From positions 1 to 55,469 of the forward strand of contig DATIMT010000270.1 in assembly GCA_035475035.1 (NCBI GenBank): 55,469 nt of DNA, in the 5' to 3' direction. This DNA is from Arthrobacter sp. (GTDB taxonomy: Bacteria; Actinomycetota; Actinomycetes; Actinomycetales; Micrococcaceae). The notes under the pieces are model-generated. The model was not told where the DNA came from and ran no database searches. It saw only the letters and a program-made list of their open reading frames with translations. How positions within the stretch are numbered: position 1 is the stretch's first letter; every line of letters begins with the position of its first letter. The translations under genes were made by a program, and so were the position numbers. This document shows positions 1 through 9,246 of the stretch, piece after piece.

Positions 1-44
1 CCCTGAGCAACCTCGACGACGTTCTTCAGCGCCGCCGGGCGTAG
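1..44 (+). CDS. 3' end of a CDS entering the window (possibly SepX/GlpR-like membrane protein)
   Basis: Frame 3 reads LSNLDDVLQRRRA-TAG (stop 42-44). Identity is guessed only from the usual actinobacterial position upstream of tRNA-Ala(CGC). Confidence 0.45.
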   Translation, partial: LSNLDDVLQRRRA

Positions 45-175
45 GGCCGCGCAGGGCTTCTTCGCCTTCAATGCGGATGGGCAACGCGTCAATTGGCATT
101 GGGGCGGGAAAATTTGTAGCCTAGGGACACCGGTTCCGCACCGCCTGGGGTACGTATCAGGCTGCGGCCAGTTCC

Positions 176-248
176 GGGGCTATAGCTCAGTTGGTAGAGC
201 GCTTCGTTCGCATCGAAGAGGTCAGGAGTTCGAATCTCCTTAGCTCCA
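176..248 (+). tRNA. tRNA-Ala (anticodon CGC)
   Basis: Acceptor stem GGGGCTA/TAGCTCC-A with G3:U70; D-arm GCTC-AGTTGGTA-GAGC; anticodon arm CTTCG-TT-CGC-AT-CGAAG; T-arm AGGAG-TTCGAAT-CTCCT. Full CCA is not encoded. Confidence 0.98.
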
Positions 249-256
249 CAATGAAT

Positions 257-280
257 CCGGGGTGGAAACCCTCACCCCGG
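257..280. terminator. Hairpin between tRNA and convergent TMEM175-like gene
   Basis: CCGGGGTG (257-264) / CACCCCGG (273-280). Confidence 0.6.
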
Positions 281-297
281 TAAGTGTCCGCTCCGAA

Positions 298-930
298 TCA
301 GTCCTCCTGCTGGCCGGGAGCTTTCGATTCATTATTGACCTGGCCGCCCTGGTGTGCGCCACGGACGAATTGTTCCACCCTCCGGTCCGGAACAAGCCAA
401 ATCATTGCCACGACCGTGTAGATGGCAATTCCCAGCAGCGGCTGGACGGTTGCCAGCGCGATGCCCAGGAGATAGATCAGCGGGGAGGCTTTGCCTTTCC
501 AGTCCCGGCCAAGGGCCAGGGCAAGCGGACCGCTCCGGCCTTGTTCACGGATAAGGGCTCTCTCCAGGACGTAGAACGCCACGGCAGCGCAAAGAAGGTT
601 GATTCCGTAGATCAGCACGGGGACTTGAAGGAATCCGGATTCATCCATCCAGCGTGTGGTGAATGGAAACAGTGAAAGCCAGAACAGCAAGTGCAGGTTC
701 GCCCACAGGATTGCCCCGTTGACCCGGTCAGCCAGCTGGATCAGGTGGTGATGGTTGTTCCAATAGATCCCGACGTAAACGAAACTGAGCAGGTAGCTGA
801 GCAGGGTTGGCAGGACTTCGGCCAGGCCGTGCCACGATGCGTCTTCCGGAGTGCGCAGTTCCAGCACCATGATGGTGATGATGATGGCAAGCACACCATC
901 GCTGAAGGCCTCCAGCCGGTTCTTGTTCAC
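298..930 (-). CDS. TMEM175 (DUF1211) family potassium channel-like protein
   Basis: RLEAFSDGVLAIIITIMVLE signature, YWNNHH, multiple TM helices. GTG start at 930 with GAAGGA SD and upstream TGGC-TATACT -10. Confidence 0.9.
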   Translation of the reverse strand: MNKNRLEAFSDGVLAIIITIMVLELRTPEDASWHGLAEVLPTLLSYLLSFVYVGIYWNNHHHLIQLADRVNGAILWANLHLLFWLSLFPFTTRWMDESGFLQVPVLIYGINLLCAAVAFYVLERALIREQGRSGPLALALGRDWKGKASPLIYLLGIALATVQPLLGIAIYTVVAMIWLVPDRRVEQFVRGAHQGGQVNNESKAPGQQED

Positions 931-1079
931 AGGGTTCCTTCCCGGAAAAGCGTCATGCAAGGCGCGAACGGCAAGGCCTCCCGCCGTGACAGTATAGCCA
1001 GCGGCGAGGCGGCAATACCCGCAGGCGAAACGCCGAGCAGCCGCCGCCTGGTCCACGGGATCGGGCCTAGAGTGGGCCC

Positions 1080-1232
1080 ATGGGAATTATCATCGGACTT
1101 CTTGTCATCTGGCTTATCCTGTCCATCGTCGGCTTCGTTGTGAAGGGCCTCATCTGGCTCGCCATCATCGGCCTGGTCCTCTTCGTGGCCACGGGCGTCT
1201 GGGGCTGGCTGAAGCGCAAAACCAACGCCTGA
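1080..1232 (+). CDS. 50-aa small membrane protein (absent from ORF track)
   Basis: MGIIIGLLVIWLILSIVGFVVKGLIWLAIIGLVLFVATGVWGWLKRKTNA; GC-rich third positions; TAGAGT -10 six nt before ATG; hairpin downstream. Confidence 0.85.
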   Translation: MGIIIGLLVIWLILSIVGFVVKGLIWLAIIGLVLFVATGVWGWLKRKTNA

Positions 1233-1253
1233 GCGTACTCCCGGCTCCGCAAC

Positions 1254-1298
1254 CTCTTGCCCAGGTACAACTCCCAAGGGGCTGTGCCTGGGCAAGAG
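1254..1298. terminator. Bidirectional terminator-like hairpin
   Basis: CTCTTGCCCAGG (1254-1265) / CCTGGGCAAGAG (1287-1298) between convergent genes. Confidence 0.75.
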
Positions 1299-1300
1299 CG

Positions 1301-2296
1301 TTAAATCCAGCCCTTCCTTTTGAAGATGCCGTACATGAGGCCCCCGGCAGCCACCATGAGGATCAACGCATAGGGATAGCCGAAGGCCCAATGGAGTTCG
1401 GGCATGGTGTCGAAGTTCATCCCGTAGATCCCGGCCACGAATGAGGGCGCGAACAGGATTGCCGCCCAGGACGAGATTTTCTTGACCTGTTCGTTCTGCT
1501 CGGCACTGGCCTCGTTCTGCCGGTTGGCGGTCAGGGTTCCGTCCAGGGTCAGGGCATTCTGCAGCAAATCGCGGAAGGAGTCTGCGCGTGAGATCACCCG
1601 CTCAACATGGTCCTCCACGTCGCGCAGGCTGTGCCGAAGATCGCTTTCCACCTGGTACTTCTCGAAGCCGCGCTTCAGCTGGTCCAGCATCTCCGGCAGG
1701 GGGTGGATGGCGCGCTGGAACTGGATGACTTCCCGCGCCAGCTCATATATTCGGCGGGATACGGAGGAGTCTCCGCTGAACAGCTGGTCCTCGATCTCGT
1801 CAATGTCGTTCTCCAGCCCGGCCACCACGGGTGCATAGTCGTCCACCACCCGGTCCAGCAGGGCATACAGTACGGCTTCGGGCCCATGCTGAAGGAGGTC
1901 CGGGCGTGCCTCAAGCCGCTGCCGCACGCGGGCAACCCCGGCGGTTTCGGCGTGCCGCACCGTCACCACAAAGTTCTTGCCGGTAAAGACATGGAGCTCG
2001 CCGAACTCCACGGTCTCGTCCGCGTCCACGTACCGGGCCGGCCGCAGGACGGTGAAAAGGTTGTCATCGTAGCGCTCCAGCTTGGGCCGCTGGTGGGCTG
2101 AAACGGCATCCTCCACGGCAAGGGCGTGGAGCCCGAACTCGGCGGCCACGGCTGCCATTTCCTCCGCTGTGGGCCGGTAGAGCCCAATCCACGCCATCCC
2201 GCCGTGCCGGGCCAGGGTTTCAAAGGTTTGTTCAAGGTTTTCGGGCTCGACGTGGCGGACGCCGTTGACGTAGACGGCGTTATCGATGATGGTCAT
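1301..2296 (-). CDS. corA: CorA family Mg2+/Co2+ transporter
   Basis: YGMNF motif followed by MPELHW and two C-terminal TM helices; HQRPKLE motif. Confidence 0.95.
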   Translation of the reverse strand: MTIIDNAVYVNGVRHVEPENLEQTFETLARHGGMAWIGLYRPTAEEMAAVAAEFGLHALAVEDAVSAHQRPKLERYDDNLFTVLRPARYVDADETVEFGELHVFTGKNFVVTVRHAETAGVARVRQRLEARPDLLQHGPEAVLYALLDRVVDDYAPVVAGLENDIDEIEDQLFSGDSSVSRRIYELAREVIQFQRAIHPLPEMLDQLKRGFEKYQVESDLRHSLRDVEDHVERVISRADSFRDLLQNALTLDGTLTANRQNEASAEQNEQVKKISSWAAILFAPSFVAGIYGMNFDTMPELHWAFGYPYALILMVAAGGLMYGIFKRKGWI

Positions 2297-2800
2297 TCAG
2301 GAAATCCTAGCCGCCGGAGCTGAGGCGCTGCTGAGGCCGCTGATCAAGGGCTCGGTTCGGTAGGGGATGTGGGTGTGCAGGGCCAGGACCGTCTCTGTCC
2401 GGATAACGCCCTTGATCCTCAGGACCTGCCGCAGGGACGACTGAAGGTTGTGTGTGTCTGTGGCCACCACCCGGCACCAGACGTCGCCGCGGCCGGAAAT
2501 CTCGTGGACCTCCAGGACCTGCGGGATGAGCCGCAGCGCCGCCACGACGCCGTCGAGCTCGCGGTGGGAGACCTCTATGGTCACGAAGGCCACCACGTCA
2601 TAGCCCACCGCCTCGAGGTCAACCTCGCGGCCGCCCGCACGCAGCACGCCGGCCCGCAGCAGGCGGCGCACGCGGGACTGGGCAGTGTTGCGGGCGATGC
2701 CCAGGGATTCGCTGAGTTCGCCGATCTGGATCCGGGGGTCCCTGATGAGGGCCAGGAGGATCTTCAGGTCTGTGGGGTCCAACTTGTTCAAGATCGTCAC
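2297..2800 (-). CDS. Lrp/AsnC family transcriptional regulator
   Basis: LDPTDLKIL...HTH...RVRRL N-terminus, RAM domain (EVHEISGRGD). Confidence 0.92.
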   Translation of the reverse strand: MTILNKLDPTDLKILLALIRDPRIQIGELSESLGIARNTAQSRVRRLLRAGVLRAGGREVDLEAVGYDVVAFVTIEVSHRELDGVVAALRLIPQVLEVHEISGRGDVWCRVVATDTHNLQSSLRQVLRIKGVIRTETVLALHTHIPYRTEPLISGLSSASAPAARIS

Positions 2801-2827
2801 TCTCCATCATTCAGGGGTTCGTAAGTT

Positions 2828-2847
2828 GATAATTATGCTCAATTATC
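2828..2847. promoter_or_regulatory. AT-rich palindrome, candidate operator
   Basis: GATAATT-N6-AATTATC between divergent Lrp and MFS genes. Confidence 0.5.
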
Positions 2848-2960
2848 CGCCCCATATCAGAGATCTGGCGCAGCCCTGCCGCACCCTTAAAGCATCACAG
2901 TTGTATCCGCGCCAGGCTCCCACAAGGACCACCTGCCGCGGCGATCCCTAAGGCGGCACA

Positions 2961-4220
2961 ATGACGGTCTTCAGCGAACTGCGCATGCGCCCGGTAACGG
3001 CCGCGACCAGCGGATGGAATGCCTCCACCACGGCGCGTCTGGTGATTTCGGGCGCGGTTATTTTCATGCTCCTGGTGGGCGCCAACCTTGCCACGCCGCT
3101 GTACCCGCTGCTGCAGGCCAACCTTGGGCTGTCCAGCCTCGAGGTGACTGCCGCTTTCGCCAGCTACGTCCTGGCTTTGGTGGGGACGCTGCTGCTGGCC
3201 GGGCACTGGTCGGACCACATCGGCCGGCGGGCCGCCCTCCTGGTGGCCGTGCTGACGGGACTGGCGGGCGGCTGGATCTTCTCGGATGCGGGAACACTGG
3301 CTGCGCTGTGCGCCGGGCGGGCGCTGCAGGGAGCTGCGGTTGCGCTTGCCACCGGCGCCAGCGCCGCAGCCCTGCGGGAGCTGCTCCCGTCCCGGCCGGA
3401 GTGGGCATCCCGCTTTACGCTGCTGGCGTCCTCCGGGGGAGTGGCGGCAGGCCCTGTCATCGGCGGGCTGCTGTCGCTGCTTCCCGGCGCCACCACGGCT
3501 CCGTACGTCGTCCACTCGCTGCTGCTTGCCGGGCTCCTGGTACCGCTGTACCTCATCCGGGCACGTCCGGCCATCATGGTTCCTGCGGTGTCCCGGCCGC
3601 TGCACGCCCTCGCACCGCGCCGGCCGTCCGTTTCCCGGCAGGCGAGGGGCGCTTTCTGGCTGGCGTCCGGCGTCGGCTTCCTGAGCTTTGCCGTGTTTGG
3701 CTTCTCCCTCTCGCTGGCACCCGGCTATTTCGCGCAGGTCCTGGGAACCGACTCCCGGCCGATCATCGGCGTGCTGGCCGGCCTGCCGCTGGGAGCCTCA
3801 GCCCTGAGCCAGCTGGTCACCGTGCGCGGCCGGCTGACCGTGCCCGCCGGCCTGGCAGTCCTGGGCGTGTCGGTCATGCTGCTGGGTGCCGCCGGCGCAT
3901 GGCACAGCCCACTTTTGCTGGTTGCGGCTGCCGTTTCCGCCGGCGTGGGGCAGGGACTGGCGTTCCGGACCGTCTTCAACGAGGTGGCGGGCAGGGTGGA
4001 GCCGGCCCGCCACGCCCAGATCATCAGCACCGTCTACGTCATCACCTATCTGGGGAGCGCGGTGCCGGTCCTGGGGCTGGGGTGGGCCAGCGCCGTGTTC
4101 GGGATGGCCGCGGCTGTGCAGGGATTCGTCCTGCTGTGCGGCACGGCCGCGCTCGCCCTGTCCGCCGTGACGTTCGTGGCCACGCTGACCGGGCAGGCAC
4201 GGCAGCGGCCCGGCGCCTGA
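2961..4220 (+). CDS. MFS transporter
   Basis: Motif A (GHWSDHIGRR), GRALQG, about 12 hydrophobic segments. Confidence 0.92.
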   Translation: MTVFSELRMRPVTAATSGWNASTTARLVISGAVIFMLLVGANLATPLYPLLQANLGLSSLEVTAAFASYVLALVGTLLLAGHWSDHIGRRAALLVAVLTGLAGGWIFSDAGTLAALCAGRALQGAAVALATGASAAALRELLPSRPEWASRFTLLASSGGVAAGPVIGGLLSLLPGATTAPYVVHSLLLAGLLVPLYLIRARPAIMVPAVSRPLHALAPRRPSVSRQARGAFWLASGVGFLSFAVFGFSLSLAPGYFAQVLGTDSRPIIGVLAGLPLGASALSQLVTVRGRLTVPAGLAVLGVSVMLLGAAGAWHSPLLLVAAAVSAGVGQGLAFRTVFNEVAGRVEPARHAQIISTVYVITYLGSAVPVLGLGWASAVFGMAAAVQGFVLLCGTAALALSAVTFVATLTGQARQRPGA

Positions 4221-4242
4221 TACGGTCCGGGCCCCTGCGCGG

Positions 4243-4761
4243 CTAATCCGGAAGCGGGCCGTGGTTGCCCTGGATGTGTTCGAAGACAAGCGTGGTTTCG
4301 GTATGCCCCACCACCGGGTCGGTAGCCAGATTGTCCAGGACCCAGTCCCTCAGGTCTTCAGTGCTCGCGACAGCGATGTGCAGCAGGTAGTCCACGGAGC
4401 CTGAGGTGTGAAAGGTCGACAGCACGGCGGGCAGGTGCGGCACCCGTGCAGTGAAACGGTCTATCTGGTCCCGGTCATGGGCGCGCAGCCGCACGGCCAC
4501 CAGGGCCTGCACCGACCTGCCGATGGCCGACAGGCTGAGTTTCGCCTCATAGCCTTGCACGATGCCCCGCTCCGACAGCGCCCGGGTTCGCATCAAGGCC
4601 GTGGACGGCGCGATTCCCACCATCTCGGCGAGCTGCTTGTTGGAGATCCGGGCATCTGCCACGAGGGCCGCCAGGAGGCGCTCGTCAATGGCATCCAGTG
4701 GCTCCAGGTGCGCCCCGGGCCTGGTGTTCCTGGCATTCGTACTCACTGCGGTTCCTTCCAC
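4243..4761 (-). CDS. Lrp/AsnC family transcriptional regulator
   Basis: LDAIDERLL..DARISNKQLAEMVGIAPST HTH, SGSVDYLL RAM domain. Start uncertain. Confidence 0.9.
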   Translation of the reverse strand: MEGTAVSTNARNTRPGAHLEPLDAIDERLLAALVADARISNKQLAEMVGIAPSTALMRTRALSERGIVQGYEAKLSLSAIGRSVQALVAVRLRAHDRDQIDRFTARVPHLPAVLSTFHTSGSVDYLLHIAVASTEDLRDWVLDNLATDPVVGHTETTLVFEHIQGNHGPLPD

Positions 4762-4882
4762 GCGGTCCTTCGTTCATCCTAGACTGCGCCAACCGCCGCC
4801 ACAGGCGCGGCAGGTCTGCGTCGCACCGAATATCCTCACCGTGCAGCGGCCCCGGAATGCCGGTTAATTCGCCGTTCGGGGG

Positions 4883-6121
4883 TCAGGCAGCGGCTGTTTC
4901 CGAGCGGGGATGGACGACGGCGACAGTTGCGGCGGTGACGCACGCCAAGGCAATGACGGCTCCCGCAAGTGCGTTCCAGCCCCAGGCCTGGAAGACCAGG
5001 CCTCCTGCCCAGCCCAGCGCGCTGGAACCCAGGTAGTAGGCAAGGTTGTACAGCGATGCCGCCTGGGCCCGGCCGGTACTCGCTATGGCGCCCGTCCAGC
5101 CTGAGCCGATGCTGTGCGCGGCGAAGAAGCCGCCGGTAAACACCACCAGGCCGCCCAGGATCAGTATCAGGGACGGGGTGAGCGTCAGGGCCAGGCCGCC
5201 CACGGCGAGGGCGAGTCCCGCCAAAAGGACGTTGCGGCGCCCGTACCTCGTGGTCATGCCCGCTGCCCAGCGGGAGGAGAAGGTGCCGGAGAGGTAGGCC
5301 AGGAAGATCAGGCTGATCACGGTGGCAGGCAGCCCGAACGGTGGGCCGGACAACCGGAAGCCCAAATAGTTGTAGACGGCCACGAACCCACCCATCATCA
5401 GGAAGGCCTGGGCGTAGATGGCCAGCAGCCGGACATTCCGCAGGTGGCCGCCGAGGGTCCGAACGGCACTGCGGAGGCCGGCGGCCGGTGCCGGCACGAA
5501 CCCCCGGGCCCGCGGCACGAGGACAAGGAACGCGACGGCGGCAACGGTCGCCAGCAGGGACACGGCCAGGGCTGCTGATCGCCAGCCCCAGAGCTCGCCG
5601 GCCGGGCCCGCCACCAGCCGCCCGGACAATCCGCCCAAGGTGGTGCCGGCAACATAGCTTCCCGCTGCAAACGCGGCGTGGGCCTTGCTGACCTCCTCGT
5701 TGAGGTAGGCAATGGCGATCGCGGGAATGCCGCCCAACGCCATTCCCTCCAGCAGCCGCAGGACCAGCAGCATGGCAAAGTTGGCGGCCAGTGGTACCAG
5801 CAATCCCAGGACGGTTGCCGCGGTAATACCCCACATCATGGCTTTCACCCGGCCGATCCTGTCCGCCAGGAAGGACCAGGGAATGACGGTGGCGGCCAGG
5901 CCCACGGTGGCCAGGGAGATGGTGAGGGCGGCCTCGGCGGCGGTGATGTGCAGGTCGGCTGCCAGGAGGGGCAGTACTGCCTGCGTGGAGTAGAGCTGCG
6001 CGAAGGTGGCCACGCCGGCGCAGGACAGGCCGGCCAGGATCCGCCCGTAGGCCCTGGAGCCCTTGGCGTGGCCGTTCCAGACGGGGAAGGTGCCAGTCCC
6101 GGTACTCGCATTCTGTGGCAT
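4883..6121 (-). CDS. MFS transporter, YnfM-like
   Basis: TFAQLYSTQAVLP, LADRIGR, AIAYLNEE, YNYLGFRL, ASLYNLAYYLGSS. ATG at 6121 follows a TACGCT -10. Confidence 0.9.
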   Translation of the reverse strand: MPQNASTGTGTFPVWNGHAKGSRAYGRILAGLSCAGVATFAQLYSTQAVLPLLAADLHITAAEAALTISLATVGLAATVIPWSFLADRIGRVKAMMWGITAATVLGLLVPLAANFAMLLVLRLLEGMALGGIPAIAIAYLNEEVSKAHAAFAAGSYVAGTTLGGLSGRLVAGPAGELWGWRSAALAVSLLATVAAVAFLVLVPRARGFVPAPAAGLRSAVRTLGGHLRNVRLLAIYAQAFLMMGGFVAVYNYLGFRLSGPPFGLPATVISLIFLAYLSGTFSSRWAAGMTTRYGRRNVLLAGLALAVGGLALTLTPSLILILGGLVVFTGGFFAAHSIGSGWTGAIASTGRAQAASLYNLAYYLGSSALGWAGGLVFQAWGWNALAGAVIALACVTAATVAVVHPRSETAAA

Positions 6122-6148
6122 TAAACCAGCGTAGACCTCTTCAGACGG

Positions 6149-6182
6149 ATGCCTCCAATGCATAGTTCATGCCAAACTGATA
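6149..6182. promoter_or_regulatory. LysR-type binding boxes (T-N11-A)
   Basis: ATGC-N7-GCAT at 6149-6163 over the predicted -35 of the MFS gene, plus a second T-N11-A at 6170-6182. Confidence 0.5.
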
Positions 6183-6238
6183 GCGGGAACAGATGGTTTT
6201 TCCAGTGGGTGAAACGCTGGGCGGAGAGGAAGCGGGCG

Positions 6239-7240
6239 ATGGAACCTGACCGGAAACAGTTGGCGCAGCTGCTGCCCCTCCTGCCGGTGCTCGCCGAGCT
6301 CGGGCGGACTGAACACGTCACCGAAACAGCGGAACTCCTCGGAGTACCCCAATCAACGGTGAGCAGGGCAGTGGCGAGGGCCAGCGCCGCCGTCGGCACG
6401 GAATTCTTGGTCCGGGACGGCCGCGGAGTCCGCCTGACTCCCGCCGCCCGCACACTGCTGCCCTACATTGAGCAGGCGCTCGCTGAGTTCCAGGCCGGCC
6501 TGGACCTGGTCCGGAATGAGTCCCAGGTGGTCAGGGGCACGGTGTCCGTGACGTTCCAGCACACCTTCGGGGAGGCCACGCTGCCGCTGCTGATCAGCGC
6601 GTTCCGTGCCCGCCATCCAGGGACCGGGTTCCGGCTCAGCCAGGGCGCACGGAGCACGTGTCTCGAAGAACTGTCCTCGGGGGAAGCTGACCTGGCCCTC
6701 ACGGCTCCTGTGGCGCCGGCAGGCAAAATCCTGGATTCGGCCCCGCTGTACCGCGAGCCCCTCCGGCTCGTGGTGCATCATGCCCATCCACTGGCGCAGC
6801 AGCGCATGGCGCGGGTGGCCGATATCCGGGCGGAGCCCTTCGTTGCGCTGGGGCCCGGGTACGGGCTGCGTTCCCTGACGGACGCACTATTCCGGGAAGC
6901 CGGGTTCCGGCCGCGGATTGCGTTCGAGAGCCAGGATTCCCACACGGTCCGCGGGCTGGTCGCGGCTGGTCTCGGCGTCAGTATCCTGCCGCCGGGTGGT
7001 GACGCCCCCGGCAGGACGCTCCGACCGGAAACGGGAGACCTGGGGTGGGTGGAAGTACCGCTTGACTCAGCGCTCGCCTTCCGGGACGTCGGCGTGAGCT
7101 GGCGGCGCCGCAAACCGGAAAGCGAACCCGTTCCCGCCAGGCTCTTCCGGGAGTTGGTGGTGGCAGAGGGGCCGCGCTTGCTGGCGGGGCTGGTGACCAG
7201 GCCCGCGCCCCAAGGCCACGCCGCGCAAGTACCCTTGTGA
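6239..7240 (+). CDS. LysR family transcriptional regulator
   Basis: HVTETAELLGVPQSTVSRA HTH, RDGRGVRLT, substrate-binding domain; GGAGAGGA SD. Confidence 0.93.
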   Translation: MEPDRKQLAQLLPLLPVLAELGRTEHVTETAELLGVPQSTVSRAVARASAAVGTEFLVRDGRGVRLTPAARTLLPYIEQALAEFQAGLDLVRNESQVVRGTVSVTFQHTFGEATLPLLISAFRARHPGTGFRLSQGARSTCLEELSSGEADLALTAPVAPAGKILDSAPLYREPLRLVVHHAHPLAQQRMARVADIRAEPFVALGPGYGLRSLTDALFREAGFRPRIAFESQDSHTVRGLVAAGLGVSILPPGGDAPGRTLRPETGDLGWVEVPLDSALAFRDVGVSWRRRKPESEPVPARLFRELVVAEGPRLLAGLVTRPAPQGHAAQVPL

Positions 7241-7241
7241 C

Positions 7242-8207
7242 GTGACGAACACCCAGAACCCCTCCACCAGACCTGTCCAGCCTGAGGCAGGCCCAGCAGG
7301 CAGTCCCCTCGACGGCAGCCCACTGCACGGAATTACCATCGGGCTGGACATCGGTGGCACCAAGACACACGGCGTCCGGTTCGAGGACGGCCGGCCGGTC
7401 GCTGACGATTCGGCCGGAAGCTCCAACGTCCAGAACGTCACCCGTGAGCAGGCGGCACGCAACCTCGCGGAACTTTTCGCCAGGATCGGCGGAGGCCGCG
7501 TGGATCGCGTCTATGCGGGGTCCGGCGGAATCGATACCGAGGAGGACGCAGCCGCACTGGCTGCCCTGATCCAGCCGCTGGTCCCGGCTGCCCGCGTCAC
7601 CGTTGTCCACGACTCCAGGCTGCTCCTGGCGGCTGGCCGTGCCAGTACGGGAGTCGCGGTCATTGCAGGCACCGGTTCGGCTGCCTGGGGACGCAATGCC
7701 GACGGCGGCGAGGCCAGGGCCGGCGGCTGGGGATACCTTTTGGGGGATGAAGGCAGCGGTTATTGGCTGGGCAGGGAAGCGGTGCGGCACAGCCTCCGGA
7801 GGATGAACCAGGGCCAGCCCATTGACCAGCTCACTGCCTCCCTCCTGGCGTCATGCGGGCTGGACCATCCCAACAAACTGATCGCGCTGTTCCACTCCCC
7901 GGACACGGGGCGGCGCTTCTGGGCACAGCAGGCCAGGCACGTCGTGGAAGCAGCGGCTGCGGGGCACCAGGACAGCGCGACCCTCCTGGATCAGGCGGGG
8001 CAGGACCTTGCTGCCTTGGCCGCGCAGGTGCTGGGCCAGCTGAAAATTCAGGGTCCCGTCATCCTGGGCGGCGGACTGGGCATGAACGTAGCACCCCTTC
8101 AGGAGTCATTCCGCCGGAACCTCGAAGCCGCCGGAATCACCGACGTGAGGGTCCTTGACCAGGAACCGGTGTTCGGGGTGCTGCAGCTCCTGGCAGAGCC
8201 CGCCTGA
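7242..8207 (+). CDS. BadF/BadG/BcrA/BcrD-type ATPase, N-acetylglucosamine kinase-like
   Basis: GLDIGGTKT, IAGTGS, GGWGYLLGDEGSGYWLG. Confidence 0.9.
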   Translation: MTNTQNPSTRPVQPEAGPAGSPLDGSPLHGITIGLDIGGTKTHGVRFEDGRPVADDSAGSSNVQNVTREQAARNLAELFARIGGGRVDRVYAGSGGIDTEEDAAALAALIQPLVPAARVTVVHDSRLLLAAGRASTGVAVIAGTGSAAWGRNADGGEARAGGWGYLLGDEGSGYWLGREAVRHSLRRMNQGQPIDQLTASLLASCGLDHPNKLIALFHSPDTGRRFWAQQARHVVEAAAAGHQDSATLLDQAGQDLAALAAQVLGQLKIQGPVILGGGLGMNVAPLQESFRRNLEAAGITDVRVLDQEPVFGVLQLLAEPA

Positions 8208-8229
8208 CAGCCCAACCGAAAGGCAACCT

Positions 8230-9246
8230 CTAGCCGACGGAACGCTTGCGGGGCGTCAACCGGACAGTGGGAAGCGGGGGAGCCGGAATCCGGCCCGCCT
8301 CCGGCCCGGCATCCGGACCGTGTCCCGGCACCAAGCCGTAGCGGGCGGCAGCTGTCCCCGCATCCGGCAAGCCCGCCTGCGCTTCCCAGTCCTCCCGGGC
8401 CTGTTCCACTTCGTCATGGGTGCGGCCAACGAAGTTCCACCACATCAGCAGTTCCTCACCGAACGGCTCACCGCCAATCAGCAGGAACCGTGTGCCGGGG
8501 CGCGCCTGCAGCCGGAGTTCGCTGCGGCCGGTGCCCAGGTAGCCCAACGGCCCCGCCGGCACGTCCTGGCCGTCCACCGCCAGGCCGCCGTCGAGCACCA
8601 AGATGCCGTGCTCAAAGCCGGGGTTCAGCGGCAGCACGGTGTCCCCTTCGCAGGAAACGTCTGCGCCAACAATTGGCGAAAACATCGTCGCGGGTGACGC
8701 CACCCCCGCAAGCTCTCCCACCATGACGGTGGCGGTAAAGCCTTGACCGGCAGCGCGCGGCAGCTCCCGGTGCTGCTCGAACGACGGTTCCCGGTGCCGG
8801 TCAGCGTCAGGAAGGGCAACCCAGAGCTGCAGGCCACGCTGCAGCGGCAACTCGCCGTCAGGAGGAAGCACCGCGAACTCGGAGTGCGAGACACCGTGCC
8901 CGGCGGTCATGATGTTCAGTTCCCCGGGTCGCACCACCACGTCGCTGCCCACGCTGTCGCGGTGGCGGATGTGCCCTGCCAGCGGCCAGGTCACCGTCTG
9001 CAGCCCGATATGGGGGTGGGGAAGGACGGACATGGCGGTCCTGTCCGGGCCGAAGCTGTCCAGGAAGCACCAGGCCCCGATTGTGGGCAGCCCGCGCTGC
9101 GGCAATGTGCGCTTGACGTTCATGGCGCGGACCCCTCCCAGCGGCACCTCACGCTCGGGCCACAGCTGCAGGCACGGCCCTGATGTCCCTGCGGCAGCGG
9201 CGGGCGGACAAACTTCCTGTTGTGGTGAAACTTCCAAGTTGGTCAC
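8230..9246 (-). CDS. Pirin family protein
   Basis: PHPHIGLQTVTW, HRDSVG, MTAGHGVSHSE, GLQLWVALP. Confidence 0.95.
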   Translation of the reverse strand: MTNLEVSPQQEVCPPAAAAGTSGPCLQLWPEREVPLGGVRAMNVKRTLPQRGLPTIGAWCFLDSFGPDRTAMSVLPHPHIGLQTVTWPLAGHIRHRDSVGSDVVVRPGELNIMTAGHGVSHSEFAVLPPDGELPLQRGLQLWVALPDADRHREPSFEQHRELPRAAGQGFTATVMVGELAGVASPATMFSPIVGADVSCEGDTVLPLNPGFEHGILVLDGGLAVDGQDVPAGPLGYLGTGRSELRLQARPGTRFLLIGGEPFGEELLMWWNFVGRTHDEVEQAREDWEAQAGLPDAGTAAARYGLVPGHGPDAGPEAGRIPAPPLPTVRLTPRKRSVG

